From IMG/VR virus record IMGVR_UViG_3300046167_000270, positions 1-61,974 of that record: 61,974 nucleotides of DNA; one strand, given 5' to 3'. The translations under genes were made by a program, and so were the position numbers. Positions 37,956 through 48,476 of this stretch are shown piece after piece. How positions within the stretch are numbered: the first letter of the stretch is position 1; every line of letters starts with the position of its first letter. The notes under the pieces are model-generated. The model was not told the DNA's origin. It saw only the letters and a list, made by a program, of their open reading frames with translations, and made no database searches. The DNA comes from a virus. Lineage: Duplodnaviria > Caudoviricetes.

Positions 37956-38738
37956 TTATTTAAGTTTTTTCTCTATAGACTTGTAAACTTGAAGTCCTTC
38001 ATCTGTTTTAAACCAAGCAGCCATAGCTGAGTAAGGGCTTTCGTCAAAAGGTACTGTCATTAATTTACGACCATTAGAAGCCCATGTAAATGTTCTTTGA
38101 TCGCTAGCTAAAGATATAATGTTTCTTTCTGTAGCAACAATAGCAAAGTTTCTTAACACTACATTTTCATCTTGAGCTAAATCTATAAATAATTGAGGAT
38201 TGTTTTTAGCAAACAATAATAAATCTCTTTTTATTTCTTTAGAACTTAAGTCTCTAACACTAGAACCTTGCTCAACTCTTAGTATAGCTTCAGCTTGATC
38301 TACATCTGTTTCATAAGCCATATTCATAGCTGCTAATTCCATCTCTAAATAGTCATGATGGCTTTCAGCAACTTTTACATTATCGTGTTCTTCAAATATC
38401 ATTCCTTTGTGAGGGTGATGAAGTAAAAACTCTTGTAAATTTCTTTTTTCTTTTGGGACCATTAAATGTCCTTTTTCAAAAACAATATGCTTTAATGTTA
38501 CTGCGCCTTTTTGTTCATCTACAAATATGCTTTTATGATTAGTAGCATATCTAAGTTCTCTTTCAAAACCTTGTTTTTTGTCAAACCATACCAAAGGGTA
38601 TTTTTGAGAATGTCTAGATGGCAAAGTATGTGTTAAAGGCATTTTGTTTCTAAGTAGATAATAGTTTCTATCTTTATATTCCCAAGTATCTTTTTTAATC
38701 TCTTGCTTGGGAGCAGGAGCTTTCTTTGTTTTTTCCAT
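37956..38738 (-). CDS. Structural-module protein of unknown function
   Basis: ORF between capsid and ring genes. Confidence 0.75.
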   Translation of the reverse strand: MEKTKKAPAPKQEIKKDTWEYKDRNYYLLRNKMPLTHTLPSRHSQKYPLVWFDKKQGFERELRYATNHKSIFVDEQKGAVTLKHIVFEKGHLMVPKEKRNLQEFLLHHPHKGMIFEEHDNVKVAESHHDYLEMELAAMNMAYETDVDQAEAILRVEQGSSVRDLSSKEIKRDLLLFAKNNPQLFIDLAQDENVVLRNFAIVATERNIISLASDQRTFTWASNGRKLMTVPFDESPYSAMAAWFKTDEGLQVYKSIEKKLK

Positions 38739-38760
38739 AATATAATATAATATAATAATT

Positions 38761-38790
38761 AAAAAGACCCCGCCGAAGCGGGATCTTATT
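38761..38790 (-). terminator. Rho-independent terminator after the capsid genes
   Basis: AAGATCCCGC-TTCG-GCGGGGTCTTTTT (cUUCGg loop). Confidence 0.85.
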
Positions 38791-38799
38791 ATTTTTTAC

Positions 38800-39213
38800 T
38801 TAGGTAAAAGCGTAGTCTGTAGGACCAGCACTTGCTACAAAAGTTTCATTAGCAACGATAGGTACATACCCAGCGTCTGAAAGTAAACCACCAAAATCTA
38901 CTTCAACAACTTTACCTTCAGCTTGAGCAGCTATAACGATAGCATCGTTAACCGCATTTTGCATTGTAGTAGCTGCAGTAGTAGTAGCAACGTCTTGATT
39001 GTTACTACCAAGAATAACCTTAGTAGCAACTAAATCTAAACCATCAGAAGAGTTTATAGGCATACCATAAACTAACTGCACAAATGGAGAATTTCCATCT
39101 AATGCACCAGCGCCACTTTCAGCAGCACCTTCTGTTCCGTCAACATATATAATGTTGTCACATGGTACTAAATCAAAAGCACCATTTTGTTTTTTTAGTT
39201 TTAAATAACTCAT
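38800..39213 (-). CDS. Putative auxiliary capsid/decoration protein
   Basis: Follows the MCP gene, precedes the terminator. Confidence 0.6.
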   Translation of the reverse strand: MSYLKLKKQNGAFDLVPCDNIIYVDGTEGAAESGAGALDGNSPFVQLVYGMPINSSDGLDLVATKVILGSNNQDVATTTAATTMQNAVNDAIVIAAQAEGKVVEVDFGGLLSDAGYVPIVANETFVASAGPTDYAFT

Positions 39214-39243
39214 TTTCTTATTTTTTTAAATGTTAATAATTAA

Positions 39244-40746
39244 TTAAGCTCCTTTGAATAACACGAAGTTATTAGCAGCTTGAGTTACTAAACATCTTTC
39301 AGATAAGAAACTTACAGTCATAGCATCTAAAGTGTCAGTGTAAGCACCACCTACAGATCCAGTTACCCAAGACTTCATTCTTCTGTCTTCAGTTTCAGAA
39401 GCTCTATATCTTACATGTAAGAAAGGACGTCTGATGTTAGATCCTAACATTTGATCGTATACTGTAGTAGTTCCAGCAGGGATCATTACACCATCAATCT
39501 CTTTAGATAATCCTCTTAATGAAGCATCATTTAAGTATTTCCAGTCAGTTTTGTAGAAGTCATAAGAACCTCTTCTGAATCCAGAAAATCCAAAGTTAAG
39601 AGCCATGTCACCATCGTTCTCGAATAAACCATAAGAAGCAGCTTGAGTAGAAGCAAATCCACCGTTAACAGCAGCAATCATATCGTCAAAATCAAGAGCA
39701 GTAGATCTAGATAAGAAAAGCATGTTTTCTTCAATAGCACCTTGCTTGTCTAAGTTTTTAAGGATTTCATCAAAATCACCTAAAGCACCTGAACCAGGAG
39801 CAGCAGCACCAGCAAAACCAGAGTATGTATTACCTCTTGCTTCGATAGCAGCAAATAAACCTTCAGAACCTTCAATGTCAGTTGTTAAAGCAGCGTTAGA
39901 AGCTCCACCAAATTGATACTGGCTTTTAGCAGTATAAGCAGTGTTGTTCATATCTTCAGCTTCAACCATAGCCATTTCTAAAGTATCTTCAAATCTTAGT
40001 CTTGTTTCAGACTCAGACTTTAAATACCATAAATAACCTGACTGTCCATCTTCAGTAGCAACTTCTACCCAACCAATTTGAGCAGTATCAGATCCGTTAA
40101 TTTGAAAGTTATCTTTCAATATCATTGGTCTGTTAGCATACTGAGTAAAACCTGGCTCAATAGAACCTTCCATTCCGATAGATCCTTTTCCAAACTCAGA
40201 TCCATAAACGTATAAGTTTATACCAGCAGTAGTAGTTGGAAGAGCATTAGTAGCTGTACCGTAAAGTTTAACTTCTAATTCATCTTGCTTAGTACCAGCA
40301 GAATTTGTAACTTTTTGCACTAAACCTTTTTGTACTATAAGACCAGTAGCATTATCCGCCATTAAGACAGTTTGACCTACTCTTATAGCACCGTTAGCAG
40401 ATTCAGCAGCAGTTAAATCTAATACAACTTTAATATCAGCATCAGCTAAACCACCAGGAACACTTACAGTTGCTTTTTTATAAGCAACGTGCAATCTGTT
40501 TTGTTCAGACCAAATTACTTGATCAGATGTCATAGGCATTTCAGCTCCTACCATTCTCAAGAAACCACCAATAGTTCGGTTTCCGTATCTTTCTATCTCA
40601 GCTTCATAAAGCTCAGGTAGATATTGTTGTGCGAAAGTTCCTCCACCAGCAGCATCATCAAATGATAAATAGTTAGTGTTTAAAGCTAATCTATTCTGAG
40701 CAGGAACTAAACTTGCAGGGAAAGACCCTGTATTTGAAAAACTCAT
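39244..40746 (-). CDS. Major capsid protein
   Basis: After portal and scaffold; WSEQNRLH, GLFAAIEARG, LSERCL; biased codon usage. Confidence 0.85.
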   Translation of the reverse strand: MSFSNTGSFPASLVPAQNRLALNTNYLSFDDAAGGGTFAQQYLPELYEAEIERYGNRTIGGFLRMVGAEMPMTSDQVIWSEQNRLHVAYKKATVSVPGGLADADIKVVLDLTAAESANGAIRVGQTVLMADNATGLIVQKGLVQKVTNSAGTKQDELEVKLYGTATNALPTTTAGINLYVYGSEFGKGSIGMEGSIEPGFTQYANRPMILKDNFQINGSDTAQIGWVEVATEDGQSGYLWYLKSESETRLRFEDTLEMAMVEAEDMNNTAYTAKSQYQFGGASNAALTTDIEGSEGLFAAIEARGNTYSGFAGAAAPGSGALGDFDEILKNLDKQGAIEENMLFLSRSTALDFDDMIAAVNGGFASTQAASYGLFENDGDMALNFGFSGFRRGSYDFYKTDWKYLNDASLRGLSKEIDGVMIPAGTTTVYDQMLGSNIRRPFLHVRYRASETEDRRMKSWVTGSVGGAYTDTLDAMTVSFLSERCLVTQAANNFVLFKGA

Positions 40747-40767
40747 GTTTTTATTTTTTAGTTTTTA

Positions 40768-41928
40768 TTAATTGTTCTTTTTTCTTGTTTTAAATTTCAA
40801 CTTAGAACTATCAACCCCATTAACCGCTTTTACTTTTAAACCACCTATAAAAACATCACCATTAGAACTAGGTCTAGGTTCTGCATTTATATTGTTAGAT
40901 TTAGCAACCATATCTTTTACAGCATCGGCTTTGCCTTGCTCGTAGAAATGATTGGCTATTGTATCAGCATTTCTAGCTGCATATACAGCTTTATGGTAGC
41001 CAACAGTATCACTAATCTCACCTTCTTTGTTTAAGAACTTCTTAACAAATGTACTTAAGCTTGATTGCTTTTCAACAACTTCATCTGGGTTTGAAACATT
41101 ATATCTAAAAGTTTTTTCACCAACGTTAAAATCGAAACCTTCAAAATCTTCATTTAGTAACTCTTTAGTATTGTTTTCAAACTTGTCACGAATTTGTTTT
41201 ACTTTCTCTTGTTCTTTGTTGTATCTATTGAAAAAGTCCAGTGCTTTTTTAGACTCATTACTTACGGTCGGCCTCAACTTGATTTCGTCGTAATACTTGT
41301 TTTTAGTGTCTTCTAAAAAACTCTTGGCTTTAGCAATTTCTTCTTTGAATGCGAGTTTCTTTTTTCTTACATCTCGCTCTTCATCCACTTCTTCATCATA
41401 TTTAAAAGTATCTTCCATTATAAAAGATATTTCATCATGATCAAGATGTGGTTTAGTATTTTTGTAATATTCTCTTAGTAGTGCCGTTTCATCTAACTGA
41501 CTATAATCTCTATTTAGTCTAGTATAGTCTTCTATAGTACCACCTGTTTCCTTCATAAAATTAACAAGCTTCTGTATATTTTCAGGCATAACAGGAGCTG
41601 GAGCTACTGGTTCTTCAATTACTGGTTGTTCTACAGGTTCTACACGTTCTACTTCTTTTATAGGAGATTCAGCTACTTTTTCGGTGGACCGTACTTCTTC
41701 AGCCACTGTTTCGCTACTTTCTTTGTTTCCTTTTTCTTTGACAACAACATCGCTATCATTTGTTTTTTGTTCTTGAACGGCATTTTCTTTTAACTCTACT
41801 TTATTTACTTCTGGTTCTGGTTTTTTATCTAAATTAACTTTAACAGTTTCTTCTATTTTTTTAGTTAATTTTTTAGGCTTTTTAATTTTAAGAGGTGCCT
41901 TCTCTTTATCTTGAATTGTTTCTGACAT
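40768..41928 (-). CDS. Capsid scaffolding protein
   Basis: E/K-rich disordered N-terminus, coiled coil, YEQGKADA; between portal and MCP. Confidence 0.75.
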   Translation of the reverse strand: MSETIQDKEKAPLKIKKPKKLTKKIEETVKVNLDKKPEPEVNKVELKENAVQEQKTNDSDVVVKEKGNKESSETVAEEVRSTEKVAESPIKEVERVEPVEQPVIEEPVAPAPVMPENIQKLVNFMKETGGTIEDYTRLNRDYSQLDETALLREYYKNTKPHLDHDEISFIMEDTFKYDEEVDEERDVRKKKLAFKEEIAKAKSFLEDTKNKYYDEIKLRPTVSNESKKALDFFNRYNKEQEKVKQIRDKFENNTKELLNEDFEGFDFNVGEKTFRYNVSNPDEVVEKQSSLSTFVKKFLNKEGEISDTVGYHKAVYAARNADTIANHFYEQGKADAVKDMVAKSNNINAEPRPSSNGDVFIGGLKVKAVNGVDSSKLKFKTRKKNN

Positions 41929-41952
41929 AATATAATATAATAATTAATAGTT

Positions 41953-44367
41953 TTAAGACATATTAAATGCACTTAAATCTAGACCTTCTGGATTTTCAGT
42001 TTCTGTAAAATTAGTAGGCGCCATATCATTTTTACGTTGACTAATCATTTCACTTTGCTGAGTACCTGATATTCTAGTTCTTTGATCTTTACGATCTTCT
42101 ATAAACGATTCTTTCTCTTTGTCTCTACCAATTTTCAATTTTTCTAATTGAACACTGTGGCCAAATTGAAACTCCGCTAATTCTTTTTTAAGTTGAGACT
42201 CTGTTTGCATTCTTTGTATTTCAAACTGAGATTTTGCTTGTTCTATTTGAATTTGAGTCTCTGCTAAAGCTTGTTGTTTTTGCATTTCTGCTAATGCTGC
42301 TTTTTCAGCTGTTTGTTGGTTAGCTTGCGCTTGCGCTTGTATATTAGCTTGTGCAGCTTTTTGTGCAGCTTCAGCTTTCTTTTTTCTTCTATATTTTAAA
42401 AACTTATTAGCTAGTTGTATATTTCTAACTTCTCTAATATCTATAGCATCTTCTAAGTCAATACCCCCAGACTTTAATGCTACTTGAATATTCTCTTCTA
42501 GCTTAGCTTTTTCTTCTTCATCTGGCTCTAAGTCTAAAAATATACCAAAGTCGTGTATGTTTAATTCGGTTAATTCATCTAGAGTTCCTACATTATATTG
42601 AGATATGCTATTTTCTAAAGAAGCTCTTGTTAATGGAAATTTTAAAGAATCAGCTATTCTTAAAGATATATTTTCACAAGCTCTTAATGTTAAAAATAAT
42701 TGACCTTCTAATATATGTCTTGTAGCAACATTTGAATTAGCTGCTGCAAGTTTTTGTAAACCTACTAAAGACTGCTTATCTGGTAGTGATCCATCTCTAG
42801 CTTCATTAAGTCCGGTTACATCTCTTATCATCTGTAGATAGTATTGATAAGTTTGTATAAGACTTTGTATTTTAGCACCACCTGATCCTGATTGTAGTTC
42901 TTGTATTGGAACTTTACCTCTATTAGCATCTCCATCAATAGTTGAAGATCTACCTACTACACTACCAGTTTGAAAATACATGTTTAAAGCTTCTCTAGGA
43001 TTATAATTAGTACCATTACCTAGATCAACTTCCGCTAATCCATCTACGTCTAAGAAAACACCATCTGGAACTACTCTTGACAACACTTGTTGTATTTTAA
43101 GATGAGTTAATTGAATCATATCAGCAAAACCGGTAGATCTTGAAACTAAAGATTCTATTCTACCTTTATACATCCTAGGTGCGCATATAGCGTAATTTAA
43201 AAATACTCTATTAGTATCAGCGTTAGGCCTTGTCATGTTCTCAGCTAACTTCCACTGCAACATCATAGGATGTCCTAATATTTTAGCTCCACTATACAAT
43301 GTCTCTATAGTTCTAGATACTCTTTCAAAATTATCATTTGGATCTGGATTAAAAGTATCAGGTTTTTCTAAAGCTTTTTCAAGACCAAAAGTATTTTTCT
43401 TAATTTTAAACACCTGATCTGAATATGTTTTATATTCAAAGTATAATACTTGAACTGTTAAATCATCTGATCTACCGTTCCAGTTTCTTAAGTACTCTGC
43501 ATTTCCTGGATATTTTTGTATAGTTTCCATTTCTTCGTTAGTTAAATTTGGAAACTGAGTTTTTAAATCCTGTAAAGAAACAGACTTAACTTCACCAGCA
43601 TAATATAAATCTTCAAAATTAGGATCTTCAGTATAAGAGTAAACTAACCTTGCTGGATCAACATATTCTACGCACACGCCTCTAGCTCTATCCCATCTAG
43701 TTTTTACAGCGCCAATGCCAAGAACTGTTAAATCATAACAAATCCTTTGTCTTGTTAAGTTATACTTATTTTGATCTAATACTTGGTTTATAACTTCTTC
43801 TTCAGCTACTTCTACACTTTGTTTAAAATCCATTTGTAAGTGCACTGCTAGCTCTTCTTTGTCTTGAGGTGCAGCATCAGGATCTACAGAATTAAAACCA
43901 TCAACATTTAAAACAGCTTTAGCTTCATTTAAAAAATCTTTAGCTACTATATCCGTCATTAATCCTTGAGCGTATTTAGTTCTTCTTTGAGCACATACTG
44001 GATCTTGAGCAAAAGCATTTATTTCGTAACTTCTATCAGCAATGCCGTTTACTACAATGTCTACAAATTTAGATAATACAGGCACTGGTTTCCAGTCTAA
44101 ATTTAAATATGATAAATCACCATCTATAGCTAGTTCATCTTTATATTTTTGAACAGGTTGCTCTCCTCTGGCATAGAGTCTTAATGTATGATAATGATTG
44201 TAATTAACAGCGTAACCAGACATACCAGCTCCACCTCTGTAGTTTCTAAACCATTCACCCTCTATTGCTCTACCCACAGCTAAACCATACTCTTCTGTTG
44301 CTTTTTCAGCATCAGGAACAACTTGATTTGGAAATGAACTATTATTACTAGTATAAATTTGCGCCAT
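41953..44367 (-). CDS. Portal protein
   Basis: After TerL; VTGLNEARDG; Gln/Ala C-terminal barrel. Confidence 0.88.
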   Translation of the reverse strand: MAQIYTSNNSSFPNQVVPDAEKATEEYGLAVGRAIEGEWFRNYRGGAGMSGYAVNYNHYHTLRLYARGEQPVQKYKDELAIDGDLSYLNLDWKPVPVLSKFVDIVVNGIADRSYEINAFAQDPVCAQRRTKYAQGLMTDIVAKDFLNEAKAVLNVDGFNSVDPDAAPQDKEELAVHLQMDFKQSVEVAEEEVINQVLDQNKYNLTRQRICYDLTVLGIGAVKTRWDRARGVCVEYVDPARLVYSYTEDPNFEDLYYAGEVKSVSLQDLKTQFPNLTNEEMETIQKYPGNAEYLRNWNGRSDDLTVQVLYFEYKTYSDQVFKIKKNTFGLEKALEKPDTFNPDPNDNFERVSRTIETLYSGAKILGHPMMLQWKLAENMTRPNADTNRVFLNYAICAPRMYKGRIESLVSRSTGFADMIQLTHLKIQQVLSRVVPDGVFLDVDGLAEVDLGNGTNYNPREALNMYFQTGSVVGRSSTIDGDANRGKVPIQELQSGSGGAKIQSLIQTYQYYLQMIRDVTGLNEARDGSLPDKQSLVGLQKLAAANSNVATRHILEGQLFLTLRACENISLRIADSLKFPLTRASLENSISQYNVGTLDELTELNIHDFGIFLDLEPDEEEKAKLEENIQVALKSGGIDLEDAIDIREVRNIQLANKFLKYRRKKKAEAAQKAAQANIQAQAQANQQTAEKAALAEMQKQQALAETQIQIEQAKSQFEIQRMQTESQLKKELAEFQFGHSVQLEKLKIGRDKEKESFIEDRKDQRTRISGTQQSEMISQRKNDMAPTNFTETENPEGLDLSAFNMS

Positions 44368-44369
44368 AT

Positions 44370-46595
44370 TTATTTTATAATTTTTGAAATGCTTCCCTTA
44401 TTGTCATATCTTTTAATTCCAAGATATATAGGTTGTCTTTTTAGATCGGGTACAGGTTTATACCTGTTTTTATTACAAGCCATAATAGCTAAACCAGAAC
44501 TTATAGTAGCATCATGCTTTGTTCTGTTGTTTATATTAAAAACTGCCCAATCTTCTAATGTTTTTTGAAGATACATATCACCATATTCTTCATTGTTTAA
44601 TCCTACATATTCTTCGATATAAGATTCTATAGCAGCCGCGTGAGCTTGCTTAATGTCTTCACTTGAGTTAGGTATTCCACCTATTTCTCTTTCAGTGGTA
44701 GATAACTTATTCCAGACTTTGTCAGGTCTATTCATTGAATAACCTCTATAACCTCTTCTTTTTAAATGATACAAAAGTCTAGGTTTGTTATTTTCACATA
44801 GTATTGGCATACCATAAAATATCATAGCCATCAATACATCTTCAAAAAATATTTCAGCTGTTTGTGGTCTAGCTACATATTCTAAGAAAAAATGATTAGG
44901 TGGTGCGTCTTCCATTGAAAACTTAGTTAAACCATGTAAAGCTCCGTTAGATCCTTTACCATCAACTGTACCTGATATATCATAACTATCACAACCAAAA
45001 GCTCCAAGGTGTTCATTTCCAGGGTATTTAACTCCACTCTTTACTATCACTCGATTTTGCAAGTTTTTAGGCGGCACCCAAGTTATTAAAAATCTACCAG
45101 TATTATCTGGTATAAAATCTACAATAGTATCTTTAATACCATTTTGCCAAATAAACTTACCTTTAGTAACATTAGCTCTATTGTTAAATTCTTCGTTATA
45201 ATCTATTTGTTGATATATTCTAGTTAGATTAAATAAACTTTGTTTAGACTCATCTCTAAAAGCGTGCTGCTCTGTTCTTGGAAATTGTCTGTAATATTCA
45301 TTTAAACTGTCTTGATCATTTTTTAATCCTTCAACTTCATTTTCCCAGTGCTCGATAACTCCTGTTGTAATTTCAAAACCGTCAACTCCTTTGACTGTAT
45401 CTTCACCTCTAACGAAGACAGGTAATCCATAAGTATCGATGAATCCTTCGTAGTTCCACTCCATAGGAACGAACAAGCTATAGAGTCCAGAAGATGTTTG
45501 TCCGTTTCTATTTCTTTTAGTAACGTCTGAATTGTAGTAAAGTTTTTTAAAATTGTTTCCACCTTTATCTAAAGCATTTGAAGTTGAGCCCATCATGCAC
45601 TTACCTACTATTCTTGAACCAAGACGTAGTGTAGTTTTTGTAACTCTCCAGTTGTTTAATATGTTGTCAGGTCTTTCCCATTTACCACTTTCATCATGAG
45701 CTAATAGTTTTAGCTTTTCACCATCGTAAGAGTTATCACCAGTATTTTTCCAGTCAATAGTTGTATCAAGTCCGTCTAGTTCTCTAAGCTGTTCATTCGA
45801 CTCAAGCTTTCTTCTAGTAAGTTTCGATGCTGGAACTCTATAAGCCAATTCAGTTTTTGGCCTGTCCATACCATCTTGAATGGGTTTAAAAAAGAACGGG
45901 TAGTTAACTGATATGGGTACAACTTTATCCGTGAACATTTTTTTGGCATCTGCTCCAGACTTGGACAGTATACCGAATCTAGCATCGGAAGATATTGTAG
46001 CTTGGTTAACAAGTTCTGCGCTCGACATAAAAGAGAATCCAGATCGTCTGTTTTTGAGATAGCACATACCGTAACATCTTGTATCGGCTTTACATGCTTC
46101 CCAAAATATAAAGAAGAGTCTGTTTGCTTCTCTAAAGTCTGGTGCTCCAACGTCAATCTTTGACCATTGCAAGTACATGTAATGAGTGCCAGTAATGTAA
46201 GTATTAACACCATTGTTATAAAACCAAAATCCTTTTTCTCGTCTAGTAAATTCATTGTCTATATAGTCGTACCATTTCTCTTTAAAATCTGTAGGATATT
46301 CTTCCCAATCAAATCTTGTTTTTATTCTTTGTAATTCTTTTGGATATTCAAACTTTTCCCAATATTGTTCCGCTTTGTTCTTGCTTCGTTTAAACGATTC
46401 ATCTGCTGTTGGTAAAGCAATCCGGAGATTTTGTATTTCAATGATTTGTCCAATTTTACCTGTTTTACTTATTACTATAAAATCATAATCAGAGTTATAG
46501 CCATACTCCCATTTTTTAAACCTGTTGTTTTTAGCTAATATTTTAGGATTTACAACGTCCTTAATCTCTTTCCAAAGTGTTTGATTATAACTCAC
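44370..46595 (-). CDS. terL: Terminase large subunit
   Basis: KNRRSGFS (Walker A), LAHDESGK (Walker B), GCDSYD, ENNK, HDATIS. Confidence 0.92.
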   Translation of the reverse strand: MSYNQTLWKEIKDVVNPKILAKNNRFKKWEYGYNSDYDFIVISKTGKIGQIIEIQNLRIALPTADESFKRSKNKAEQYWEKFEYPKELQRIKTRFDWEEYPTDFKEKWYDYIDNEFTRREKGFWFYNNGVNTYITGTHYMYLQWSKIDVGAPDFREANRLFFIFWEACKADTRCYGMCYLKNRRSGFSFMSSAELVNQATISSDARFGILSKSGADAKKMFTDKVVPISVNYPFFFKPIQDGMDRPKTELAYRVPASKLTRRKLESNEQLRELDGLDTTIDWKNTGDNSYDGEKLKLLAHDESGKWERPDNILNNWRVTKTTLRLGSRIVGKCMMGSTSNALDKGGNNFKKLYYNSDVTKRNRNGQTSSGLYSLFVPMEWNYEGFIDTYGLPVFVRGEDTVKGVDGFEITTGVIEHWENEVEGLKNDQDSLNEYYRQFPRTEQHAFRDESKQSLFNLTRIYQQIDYNEEFNNRANVTKGKFIWQNGIKDTIVDFIPDNTGRFLITWVPPKNLQNRVIVKSGVKYPGNEHLGAFGCDSYDISGTVDGKGSNGALHGLTKFSMEDAPPNHFFLEYVARPQTAEIFFEDVLMAMIFYGMPILCENNKPRLLYHLKRRGYRGYSMNRPDKVWNKLSTTEREIGGIPNSSEDIKQAHAAAIESYIEEYVGLNNEEYGDMYLQKTLEDWAVFNINNRTKHDATISSGLAIMACNKNRYKPVPDLKRQPIYLGIKRYDNKGSISKIIK

Positions 46596-46867
46596 TTACT
46601 TCTCCCTTCCGCGAAACCTTTAAAAGCTTTTTGTTCTTTAACTTCTTTAGGTTTATTGTTTAGCATGTCTTCTTCTTCTTGTATTCTAGTTAATATTTCA
46701 AAAGCATCCATTATAGCTAGCTTTTTAGTAGCGGCAGCATTTTTAAGTCTGTCAGCACTTACATCATCGTCTGAGTCTACGATCTTTTCTTTTGCCACCT
46801 TAATTAACTCCTCAATTGCCTTTTGCCCAGCTTGGATTATTTTCTTTTTCGTTTCCTTGGTATTCAT
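46592..46867 (-). CDS. Putative terminase small subunit
   Basis: Small helical protein coupled to TerL. Confidence 0.55.
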   Translation of the reverse strand: MNTKETKKKIIQAGQKAIEELIKVAKEKIVDSDDDVSADRLKNAAATKKLAIMDAFEILTRIQEEEDMLNNKPKEVKEQKAFKGFAEGRSK

Positions 46868-47405
46868 GCGTTAAAGCTATATCATTTAATTTCATACAAT
46901 AAAGTCGTTCACCTTCTATAATAAACTCAAATTCAGAGTTTGGTGTAAACGTTACAAGTGTCCCAGGTGTTATTCCTATGGCTTCTAAGGCGCTATTAGT
47001 ATATTTCATTATACCAACATTAGGTTGTTCTTTCCTGTTTTCTAAAATGCTTTTATTTTTAATTGGCTTAACAAAGCAATAATCTAAATGAGTATTTAGA
47101 TTATACATATATATTTGTTGTGGAGATACAAAGTATAAGTTATCTTTAAAGAAAGTAGAGCTATTACGCTCTCTGCCTTTTTGATCGTACCATCTTCTAA
47201 ATATATTGTGATGAACATATAATTCATCACCTATATTTATTTTAGTAGCATAAGCTGCAGGAGTTGAAACTACTACAGCTTTTTTACTAATAAATCTATG
47301 GTTTTCAATGCTAGTATTGATAATAAGGTTAGTATCATCAACTCTTCGTATATTGTCATACCTGTCATTTAGTGGTTTAACAATGAAGTTATATAAGCTT
47401 TGCAT
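46812..47405 (-). CDS. Tandem GroES-like protein
   Basis: Two segments of F(I)VKP..G/A-VV..G(D/T)-V; C-terminal YCMKLNDI. Confidence 0.6.
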   Translation of the reverse strand: MQSLYNFIVKPLNDRYDNIRRVDDTNLIINTSIENHRFISKKAVVVSTPAAYATKINIGDELYVHHNIFRRWYDQKGRERNSSTFFKDNLYFVSPQQIYMYNLNTHLDYCFVKPIKNKSILENRKEQPNVGIMKYTNSALEAIGITPGTLVTFTPNSEFEFIIEGERLYCMKLNDIALTHEYQGNEKENNPSWAKGN

Positions 47406-47629
47406 TAATACTTAAGATCATACTCTACTGATACAGCCATATTAGAATTAAACTTTTTCCAAGGTAAGACTTCATTATTTTTAGTTATAAAAATATTATA
47501 TGACTGGTCTTGATCTTCAAAAAGAATATCACTAATTGTATGTCCACCATATACTTCCTGACCAGTTGAATAATGCATTGCATCATTTTTATAGTCAGAA
47601 CCTATACTAATCTTTCTTATCTTCGACAT
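47405..47629 (-). CDS. Hypothetical protein
   Basis: IRKISIGSDYKNDAMHY; start taken as MSKIRK. Confidence 0.75.
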   Translation of the reverse strand: MSKIRKISIGSDYKNDAMHYSTGQEVYGGHTISDILFEDQDQSYNIFITKNNEVLPWKKFNSNMAVSVEYDLKY

Positions 47630-47858
47630 CTGACTTAGTGTAAGATCCATCTTTTAAATCTACATTAATACTTCCATATTTCTCTTGTAGATCTTTTTTA
47701 ACTTGCTCAACGTTAGCTCTTGATTTAGCAGCTTGCATAGTTAAATCTTGCATAGTCACCTGTACTCCTCCCATTTGCATTAATATCTCATTGTACTGTG
47801 TTGCAGAATTAAGAACTAATTCTAACTCGTCTTTAGTTAATTTATTTTTCTTTGCCAT
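47607..47858 (-). CDS. Coiled-coil protein
   Basis: ORF track; LQEKYGSINVDLKDG. Confidence 0.75.
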   Translation of the reverse strand: MAKKNKLTKDELELVLNSATQYNEILMQMGGVQVTMQDLTMQAAKSRANVEQVKKDLQEKYGSINVDLKDGSYTKSDVEDKKD

Positions 47859-47898
47859 TTTATTTGATTTTATTTGATTGTTTGTTTGTTTTGTTGTT

Positions 47899-48474
47899 TT
47901 AATATATAGCTACACAGTCTGTACCGGCGACTAATTTCTTTGCTAACATAGGAGCTTTATGTCCTACTACTGTACCTGGTTGACAACTTTTAAATTCAAC
48001 TGGATTACCAGCTTCAGTAACTATTGTAATGTCTTGCGCTGAAGATTTACCATTGTATACAACAGCTCCTCTTTTACCTGTATTAGGTATATTTGCTCCA
48101 GTTGCACTAACCGTGATTTGACAACCACTACCACCTGAATTAGCTGCAGCTAAAGTTACTACCATACCTGCCACATATCCAGTTCCACCTGTCGCACTAC
48201 TAGTAAGTTCAACTCCAGTTACAGCACCACCTGTTACTTCTGTTATGTTAAATGAAGCACCAGTTCCACCTGAAGGGGCACTAGCTCCTGATTGAGCTAC
48301 AGTATCACCAACATCGCTCGAATCAAAACCACTACCACCATTTGTTATAGTAAGTGCTCCTTGAAGCGACCCAGCAGATATAGCTACAGCGTCGTGACCA
48401 AAAACTCTAGGTTCTTGTTGCATTAATCCATTTACGGGATCCAACACAGGTTCCCATTCGTTATATTCAGCCAT
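47899..48474 (-). CDS. Gly-rich virion decoration/fibre-like protein
   Basis: GGSGF..GD, GGTGY motifs. Confidence 0.65.
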   Translation of the reverse strand: MAEYNEWEPVLDPVNGLMQQEPRVFGHDAVAISAGSLQGALTITNGGSGFDSSDVGDTVAQSGASAPSGGTGASFNITEVTGGAVTGVELTSSATGGTGYVAGMVVTLAAANSGGSGCQITVSATGANIPNTGKRGAVVYNGKSSAQDITIVTEAGNPVEFKSCQPGTVVGHKAPMLAKKLVAGTDCVAIY

Positions 48475-48476
48475 TT

